Source of the DNA: Phoronis australis
Lineage: Eukaryota > Animalia > Phoronida
DNA: 64,000 nucleotides
Assembly: GCA_002633005.1 (NCBI GenBank)
Contig: NMRA01000436.1
Span: 321,891-385,890, forward strand
Reading direction: 5' to 3'
Position numbers and translations under genes: made by a program. The stretch's first letter is position 1. Each line of letters starts with the position of its first letter. Shown here piece after piece: positions 1-9,800 of this stretch. A model generated the notes under the pieces. The model ran no database searches. It worked only from the letters and a program-made list of their open reading frames with translations, and was not told the DNA's origin.

Positions 1-870
1 GGATTTCCGGACAAAAAGTGGGAAATCTTGGTCCATGTCAACACGCAAAGAAGAAACGTTCGCCCAGCAGCGTTCTTTGTCAAACGGGAGACGTAACACA
101 GAAAAGTGCCCGACTGCGGATTTTTGTTTTTTAAATCGAATGGTAAATTGTAGGTGCCTAAAAAGCAAATGAAACGCCCCGTTTTTTCCTTTTAGTCGAA
201 CGAGTAAATAGGACCATGTCGCGAGTGAAATTACAATAGTAGATGATGAAATGTCTATTTTACGTGTGTTAATAATCGGGCCATTTTGATGGTGTGGCGG
301 GAAGGTGAGAAAAAATTAAGAAAATGGAAAAATCTACCATGATCGGGACCGTTGGCAAATACAATATACATTGTATTATGTCAGCAGCGCAAAGTATTGG
401 ATTGGATTCTTATCCAAGGTAAATAGGTGAATTTTTCATTTTTTAAATTTTAGTTCACGGGTATAGGTACATGTAAATACCACGGATAACATTCACTGCT
501 CAGAAATCGAATTACCAATAAGTATCTGGGCGACATGTAAGTATTGCAATAACTAATTATCATAGGAATAATTGCAAAGAGTAATAATATATGTATACGG
601 AGGTGATGTAACTACGCTCTGATAGAATATATTGGTCACGTGCGGATTTAACATTCCAGGTGTAGAGTTTTAGGGTCTACATGTACATGTAAGTTGAGAC
701 CAAAGCCCGATTTTGTGGTTCCCAATTTTCGTCTTAGACCTAATGCAGGTCTTAACTGATACAAATATTGGTATGAAAATCATATTTCATAAAATGAGTC
801 CGTTCTTAGTTTAAAGACCATGTGCATGTGCTAAAGAAATTATCACGTGACTGTGAGGCTACTGCTGACA

Positions 871-3800
871 ATGCTTGTTAGCCAACGGACCAATACTGTA
901 GCTGAGTTGGATGCCACGGGTAATTTTTACGAAAATTTCAGTTGTGTTTGCTCAAGGGAGTTTGCACGTCTGTTGAAATCATTATATTGTATACTAGAAA
1001 TTATGACCGTTGTTGAAGTTCTATACGATCGAAGTTATTTTTTGTGTTCTCTGTTGATTTCTTAGTTATGAAGACACCCAAGCAGAACAAGCTGCGTATT
1101 TACGAGTTGCCTGTCGGCCAAGGTGACGGTACAGTGATACAGTGCTCTGACGGTACGGTGACCCTAGTTGACCTCGGCTCATCAACGTCGACATCCAGAG
1201 GATACTGGGGTTTCAATCATATATCCAGCTTTATGACCAGAAGAAATATCAACGAAATTAAACACGTTTTCATAACGCATGGTGACCAAGACCATTTTAA
1301 CCTTATACCTGGCTTGATTAACTCCGTAAACCGCGGTAAAATGAAAATTTACTACTCAGACGTTTTTAATACTTTGGCAAACACGTTTCCAAGAATCTCT
1401 ACCAAACTCATTCGCAGGTGCACGGGGACTCGGTCATGCGAGTCTTTCCCGTTATGTCCTGGTGTTGAGATGCAAGTTGTTGCGTCACAGCTCGGCTCCT
1501 TGCCAAACGAGAAAGGGATTGTACTGCGCTTAAAGCACGGCGGCTTCACCATGTTGTTTGTGGGCGACGTCTCGGAGAAAGCGTCCTCCGATACCCTAAA
1601 GCGGTATCCGTCGGATATCAAGGCCGATGTCTATAAACTTGGACACCATGGGAGTAAACGTGCCAAGACAAACACCATCAGTTTTTTAAACACAGTTCAA
1701 CCGAAAATTGTAATTTCATCTGGAGACCCCTGGTATACCTATAAACACCCAAACTGCATATCATTAGAAACGGCTCTGGACTCGGGAAACATTTTAAGAA
1801 GTTCTGCATCAGGTTTTCGAATAAGAACCCAAACAGACTTCACGTGCGGCGATTCGTCTGGTCGGGCAAACATTGACGGTTTCGGAAAAGCACTGTACAC
1901 GCACGCCCCGACAGAAACTACGTTAAACCTTATAATTATAACTTACGACGCTGTGACGAAAATAACCAAAGTCAAACCTCTGCAAATGTCCACAGACTCG
2001 CATTCTTCTGCCAGCTCGAGAGGGCGTCGTAGTACCGACTCAGAAATTGCTGACGACTCGTCATTTGGTGGCAGTGAGTATAAAGGTTTTTTATCAAATT
2101 CTGAAACATGCCCCACTTAAGAATAAGCGCAAGGCAGCACTGTTTTGAAAGGGCAGTGTTGTCTCGCATTCAGTTTGTTCTAGCATTATAGACTTGTGAA
2201 CATCTCGAAAACGAGGTCATTTGGTACGATTTTTTTATCAAACTAAGCTACTGTATAATCTTATTTTGTATACATATGCCAACCTGTCAGTTTGTGTCTT
2301 ATTTCTCTCATAATGACTTAAGTTACACCGGTTCAGGTTGTGGAAGTACGTTTACATGTCCAGCTGATTTAAATACAACTGTGAACTGAAAAAATGACCA
2401 GTAGAGAACCACTTGTCAGAAATTGTCTAACGCTTTTAGATGCTAGGAATGAGACTAAACGTGTGTAAGGTTTTTCTCGTGAACGTCTCATCTCTTTTTC
2501 TTCATACAGATGATTTTTGAACCTCCCATCTTTATTTCCAATACAGGTGATTTCCCAGACATCAGTTGGTGCTCCAACGAACAACACCCTAACTTACAAC
2601 CAGGCGAAAGTAGACCGCCTAGTAGAACTATGAACGAGGTGTGCAAACCCATTATACAACCGATAGGGCGAAGTGACGAAAGAGTTTACACGTAAGATAT
2701 TGGCAAAACGTGGTTCACAATTATCTCGAACGTAGACTCACAGTTTTTGTAGGCTCACACATGCATGCGCGTTCTCACTGACGTATTTTTTTTGCAATAT
2801 TTTGCATTTTCATATTAACAAGTAGGCGCATTATGCCGCCATCCCTGTCCGTCCGTCCACCCGTTTGGGAGACCCCGGGATCGAATCCTGGCATTACTGG
2901 CTGACAATCTATTGTCGCACAAAGCTGTCTCCTACACCTCCGAGCTCCATCTTACTCGTGAATGTACAGGTACGCAACGGAATGAATGAAAACCTGGGTA
3001 TCATGCAAAAACCATTTCTGGGGCTGGGCTAGTTCAAAACAAACGACGCCATCTCATTTTGGGCGGACTTGATGTAGTCTGCGCAACTCGATTATACTTT
3101 TTTGATTACGTGTTTGACATCACCCTCTCCATCTGCAATACCGCTTGAAGAACAGTATTAAAATTTGGAGATGTGTTGGTGATGAGATGACCGACGCTGA
3201 CGTTGATTTTCGGACGTGTATAACTACTCTGTCAGCCCGTATTGGAAATTTTATTTTTGTTTGCGTTCACGGCTTTATTTCCTTTGCCCTATGCAATAAA
3301 TGTGTTCCTATGGAGATGGCAACAGTTGACGGCCAGTTTCAGACAATCCAACAACAGCTGTGCTCCCTAGTGGCATTACGTTTGCCCTCTTCAGTGTTTC
3401 CTAATGCTTTTTCAAGAAATTTGGCAAAAAATTATATTATAAAGGTGACAGCTCCTTCCCTTTTGTGATAAATTTGACGTATTCTGCACCAACTAGTGGC
3501 CGTTTGAATTATTTGTTTACTCTCTTTTTGTCGCCACCTTCTGCACTTGCCCAACCACGCGAAGGATGATTATGAAAATTGGCAGGTGTGTTCTTACTGA
3601 CAAGAGTATGACTGACGTGGATTTTCAAACGGGTCCAACTACTGTAGTGCCCCACAATGATAGTTTTCGCATCTATGCCTCTATCTTCTTAGTCCCTTAC
3701 GAGATAGTTTTGAAATTTTGCAAATGAATTCCTATGAACTAGAAATTAACACCCCTAGAGGCGAACCGTTTGCGGTTCGGTCGTGGGCGCATTGCAACGC

Positions 3801-6800
3801 TTCGCGTTGCACTTGTATAATGTTATTGTTATTGATTGCGTTTATTGTTGGCGCCAATGTTATTTTTTTGTCATGTTATCGTTATTATCATAATGATTGA
3901 TGATGCTGATGTTACTACTGCTGTTGGATAAAACTTTTTACAGCTGTCTATGGACCATGGAATGTAAATAACATAAATGTCATGGAATGTATTGTCATCT
4001 GCGTGAATCAACTTGCTTACAAAATGCGGAATGAAATGTGTTATTTTCTCGTTGCTTGGCGACATCTAATTTTGCATAGACAGATCGCCGGTTTTCAAGT
4101 AGGCCTACTATTCCGGGTCAGTCACGATCAACGTCATTGCCAAGTTGAAAAATAAATGAGACACCATAGACAGAGGCAATCTGTGTATGTAAGGGCGATA
4201 ACCAGTCTTATTCAAAATCCGCCAACTGCAGTATTTGCCATGTTGTCTATGAGCACCGACAGAGGGCGCAGAAACTAGTCAGTCATAAATCCTCAGTAAA
4301 AGCCAAGAGACTCTGCAAAGTCGGAAATTTTTTGTAGTCAGTTCCAGGAGTGTGATTTTCGGACATCTAATTAATCACCGAGATAATACATGTAGACGGT
4401 GTCCATTATCTAACCAAAGTGCATTTTTCAGTTTGTATTACTACCGCTTTGACGACGTGGTGTTTGGGAATGGAAACAACTCGTGTGATTCAGTGGAAGA
4501 CGATGACATCGCAAATATGTGTGCTAGCAGGGTGATGGCGTTTCGGCTTGCATTTCGACTAAAGCGTTTGGCGTTTTTTGTCGCACAACAGTGGAATGGT
4601 AATACTTGTACTTTACTTTAGAAAAACAAAAAGGTACTGAAGTGTTTTAGTTTCTAAAAAGCAATCAGTTACCACTTGATTGCTTGAAACTTCGAAACGA
4701 AGAAACCTTCAAATATTTAGGGCAAGGTTGAATCTTTCCTTTAAAGGTCTTAAAAACTGAGATTTAATTTTAACGCTTTAGACGAGTAGAGTCAAAACCT
4801 CTGTCTGTAACTACTAATCAATCCAATTTAAGTATAAAGTGTTTCAGAGCAATGATACGGAATTTGGTTCTCGAATACATGNNNNNNNNNNNNNNNNNNN
4901 NNNNNNNNNNNNNNNNNNNNNNNNNNNNNNNNNNNNNNNNNNNNNNNNNNNNNNNNNNNNNNNNNNNNNNNNNNNNNNNNNNNNNNNNNNNNNNNNNNNN
5001 NNNNNNNNNNNNNNNNNNNNNNNNNNNNNNNNNNNNNNNNNNNNNNNNNNNNNNNNNNNNNNNNNNNNNNNNNNNNNNNNNNNNNNNNNNNNNNNNNNNN
5101 NNNNNNNNNNNNNNNNNNNNNNNNNNNNNNNNNNNNNNNNNNNNNNNNNNNNNNNNNNNNNNNNNNNNNNNNNNNNNNNNNNNNNNNNNNNNNNNNNNNN
5201 NNNNNNNNNNNNNNNNNNNNNNNNNNNNNNNNNNNNNNNNNNNNNNNNNNNNNNNNNNNNNNNNNNNNNNNNNNNNNNNNNNNNNNNNNNNNNNNNNNNN
5301 NNNNNNNNNNNNNNNNNNNNNNNNNNNNNNNNNNNNNNNNNNNNNNNNNNNNNNNNNNNNNNNNNNTCCTTGAAAATACATGTGACCTGGAGTTTGAGCA
5401 GCAGAGTTGCGCACCCTGGTGGTTGAGTCATATTGTTCTTATATAGGTTTTCCACGGTGAGGACGCTTAGAATTACGTGACTTTGGTTAGATTTTTCTCG
5501 CCGCGAGACGGCTGACACACAGTAATTACAGGTGGCACTTGAACAGCAATAAACAACTGACAGTCTATAGTTACAGACGTATGTGTTAGTAAGGACTGAC
5601 GTAATGTTTTTTCAGGCACGCTGCACGTTAAGGTGAAAGAGGCATGGCGAGAAAAGACAGGGTTGGAGAAGATCCGTGACAAAAGTTTACATTATGAAGG
5701 AAGGTAAGAAGGCGGAAACCTTTTGCGAAGTTTGCCGCAGCTGCTTGTGTAAAATAATTCCTGTTCTTGTAGTAAAGCATGGTTCTGATCAATCTTCCAC
5801 GAGAAATTGGCAAAATTTCCTCGGATTACTTCGATGTCCTGTGGCAAGTTATTGATTTTCCACTGTATGACGTTGAAGTAAATGAGCTGTAAACTCATTG
5901 TATTAAGAGATAGACCATCGTCATCTCTATTGATAAGTATACGGGCCCGCTTCATTTCATTACAGAGCTCTGAGAATAGGACTAGTAGGTCGTCTGGTCA
6001 CAAACACTGACGTGTCACTGCTCTCTCATCTGGCTCAATGTGCAGGTTTTGACTACGTCACGATCAATAACCACAAAGAGCTGGAACTATGTGGTCTTCT
6101 TCAGGAAAACGTTATTGGTGAATTTGTCTCATTTTACAAGACAAGACTCTATGCAATTGCCGTACCGCCGTATTTGGAAGAAGAGTATGGTTATCCTGAG
6201 GCACTGGTGAACGAAACGAGGAAAACTAGACTATTCGACGGCATTGATGTGACCGAGAAAGTGTCAGACCACATAACTATTGGCGATATTGCACTGCCTG
6301 GAAAACGATTCTTCAGAATTGACCATCTTTTGGTTGAATGTCTCGAAGAGGTCAAAGGTGAAATGAGTGACGCTAAAATAATAAACCCCGTTTATAGAAC
6401 GCTGCTGTTTAATAACCGCGACATCGATACAAGGCACAGCGAAGAAAAGCACCGTTTCCACGCCGGTCAGGCCGCTGAGCTAAAACTGGCCGTTGGTTCT
6501 AAATTTACCCTGTTTGACTTGGCTAAAGTTGTGGTGCGCTCATGTTTGAAGACCTTCAACTTCGAGCAGCTGGTTCTAGGATTAGGAGCTCACCAACATC
6601 ACCTGTACCTTGACTTGCGACCCCAAGAAATAGGAGAAAGTCGACGATTGGTGGTGTGGGAAGCAGAAAATACCAAATGGTTCAATGAACTGCAACCTTT
6701 TGCAAGGGCAATAAACCACGGTAAAGTACATGCATTGCGTCTGTTCCCCATGGCCTGAAAACTCTAAAAATCATCTTTAAATCTCATGTGCTAATAATTC

Positions 6801-9800
6801 TTCCAAACAAATTTGTGTTAAAATTTCAACGTTCTCAAAGCAATCTACATATGCCTGCATAAATTATTTTTCACCCTCTAGAACCTATATTTGTTCCGAA
6901 TTGTGTAAATTTGCCCGCACGTAGTGACCTGCCAGTTTCAAAGATTTATTGGTTACTGTGTCCAGTTTTACAGAGTTATAAAGACGCTTGTTTTCTCATT
7001 GCCGCTTGTTGTATTCATTGCAGGAGGGCCTCTCATTGATCCTGTCAGTCTGGCGCATGCGTGTAGGGAGCCAACACATGGTGAAAAGTTTCCTTTTATC
7101 TCTGAACGATCCAGCTCTGAAAGGTATGATCCTCGTGGCAGCCACTTTATAAAAAAAAGATTGGCCCTACTTGTTTTTAATTTCGTCTTAACTTCTTCTT
7201 TGACCTTTGAAACCAGTCATATGTACCATAATACGTGAACATTGGCAATATGATATGCATCAAATCGTATTTAATTTCTCCTATCCCAGATTATGATTGC
7301 TAGTTACTGTCTTACAGTTCTTGCATTTGACAACACAACATTTGTTTTTCGGGACTACAGTGCAAGTAATGTCTTACTGAACGAATGTGAATGCATGCAC
7401 TTGCGCAAATACACGCACACATGCACACGCGCGCACGTGGCAAACACGCACTTGTATGTGTATGGTTTGTATATTTGTGTGTTTGTATTTATGTATGTAT
7501 GTGCACGTATATACGGATGTAAGTATGCATGTACATGTATTGTTTTATATGTGTATGTATAAGTGTAGATATAGATGACTATAAAGATGTATATGTAACA
7601 CTCGCTATTTTCAGGTCCTGTCTTAACGAGGATGCTGGTTTTTGTCAAGAAACCAAGAAAATTAGACAGCAGGCGGTCAAAGATTTCATGAAGAAACTTA
7701 AGCGACTTGTCCGAGTTTCATCTCAAGTTCGTAGCTCGATTGAAACGTGCTTTGTCACGAGTTGTGGATGCGGAGTTGGCTTTGGTAAGACCAATAGCAT
7801 GGTCGGGTCACTACCATGTCATTAGACCCGAAATCATGCAAGTAGGTGACTGTCAAGGTATGGGAGAAAATTATAATTCATGTTCACCCTACCGTGAACT
7901 TATTACTTTTAAATTCAATTTTGTGGTTCAGCCTTAGGTACCTGAAATATACGAACTTAATGACAGCCACTACATTAAGACAATTGACACCTGTTTAGCG
8001 CTTGGATAGGGTTATAGATGGAGTTTTGACATAGCGCCCTTTCGTACCAGACGTTTGACTTGTTTGCATCCTGCAGCAGTAAAACAATCACCAGGCATTC
8101 TAGTTGTAACTGTACGGAATCTGAAGGTAAGATCAACCCCGCGTTACTATACATGTTTGTCTACTTGTTACTTTAGGTTCTGCGTGGGAAAAAAAGATAA
8201 GGTCGTGCATGGAATTCATTTCCGATTACATCGAATCATCCACTGTACCATTCGCCAAGCAAGACAAAGCTGCGTTCTTCAACACCGCTAACGTAAACTC
8301 TAGTGTTCATTCTCTTGCTTGTGACAATGGGCTTTGTCTGGAAAATAACCAGCTATATTCTTTGCTCAGTAAGTGTCAGATTAGGAAACAAAATCGTTAA
8401 GCGAATTGCTAATCAATGTTGGTTAGAAGAAAAGCTGCTCAGACTTGCTCATTTCGGAATTAACTTTTAATGCCCTACCGGAGTGTGTGAGATAGTTTAA
8501 ATCTAGTGGCATCACTTGGAGATAAACATTCTAATCCACCCACTATTATTCATTGTGTTACTTGTAACTCTTGTAAACGACCTACATGTACCAGTATACC
8601 TTCAAAAATAAAGAATAGATATGTATTTATGCTGCTGGTACTATCTAATATACACCGGATAAGAACATTGGACATATTGAAAAAGCTATTCAGGCTGTCT
8701 TGGTCGCAGTTTCAAATTGATGTTCCTAAAACAATTTGACGAGAAATTCTTAAAAGACTAAATGTATGCATAAAACATACAGTCAGTAAAGCTCCAAACA
8801 GATGTTCAATTTAATTTGTATCTGTCTGGGGACAAACTTGAAGACGTTCACCATGAAAAAATACTACGGGCCACATTTGATTAGAGTTTGACTTGGTCTA
8901 AACAGATACCTTATAGTCTGCCAAAGATTTGACAAAACTGGGTCTTTTGTCCAGAACTGAATGTTATATATTCATTGAATGACAGTTAATAGTTTACTGT
9001 CCATGTATTACGCCACACTTCACAAACTCTAGTACTAAATGTATGCTCTGTCTTTTCTTCTGCTCTTGCGGCAAAAATGGAAAAACTACAGAAATAGGCT
9101 GCCAGATTTTTCTGAGATTGTCCATTTGACACACCCTCTAATCAAATGTTTGCAAATCTGCTATGGCTACAAATGCACAAGTTGTATCATTTTTGGCATA
9201 CAAATATGTTTTCAAATATCGACGTCATGAAATGCAAATCATATATCTCATGCGGTTATTGTCACAATGTTAGAACTAGGTATGCTTTATCTGATAATTG
9301 TGTGATGTCTCGTGTTATACCTATAGTATTTAGCAAACATTTTATTTTTGAGTCTGTCAGAAAATGGAGCATTTCACCACAGAACATCAACTGCATGTTT
9401 TAGTACTTTCAAAAAAATCTTTTATGTATTCTTTAACTACACTAGCCTCTTTACTCTCTCATTTGTTTATAGCCAGACATTTTTTATGTTCAATTCTTAA
9501 TAATAACCATTTTAACTTGAATTTATTTAATTTATTCACACGTTTATATTTCCTGTAGTTGTTTATTCTTTTGTTTTCAAAGGACCGTGTGGTAAATAAG
9601 TTTTTAAACGCGTTGTATCCTGTATAAAACCTATAAGTAAAGTTACAAGTATCTAATCTAATCTAATCTAATTTCACATCGAAATTGTGGTAGCGTTTCT
9701 AAAAATCTGATAGGATTGAACACCTTGAAGCACGTGACCCACTTTTTGATTGCTATCATTTTACACGATTCTAATTGCATACTGGCCGTGTTTTTTTCCT

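Noticed and set aside
324-418. Possible first coding exon (MEKSTMIG...YP, donor AG|gtaaat) of the MBL-Hedge gene
   Set aside because: It is phase 2 and would need a weak AAG acceptor at 836 with no pyrimidine tract; not supportable without transcripts.
1044-2120. Bacterial contaminant comEC gene
   Set aside because: It is flanked by spliceosomal acceptor and donor sites and animal-type repeats, with no operon context and no ComEC membrane domain.
4818-5518. Long ORFs spanning 4.8-5.5 kb
   Set aside because: Artefacts of the N gap. An extra exon hidden in the gap cannot be excluded but is not needed, since 4598->5616 is in frame and matches the Hh alignment.
2547-6100. Calling this gene hedgehog or hedgling
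   Set aside because: No CGPG N-terminus, no Hint/GCF autoprocessing domain, no vWA or cadherin repeats seen; similarity is limited to a divergent Hedge fold.
7293-7648. ORFs rich in Y/V/C/M/T/H
   Set aside because: Translations of dinucleotide low-complexity intron sequence.
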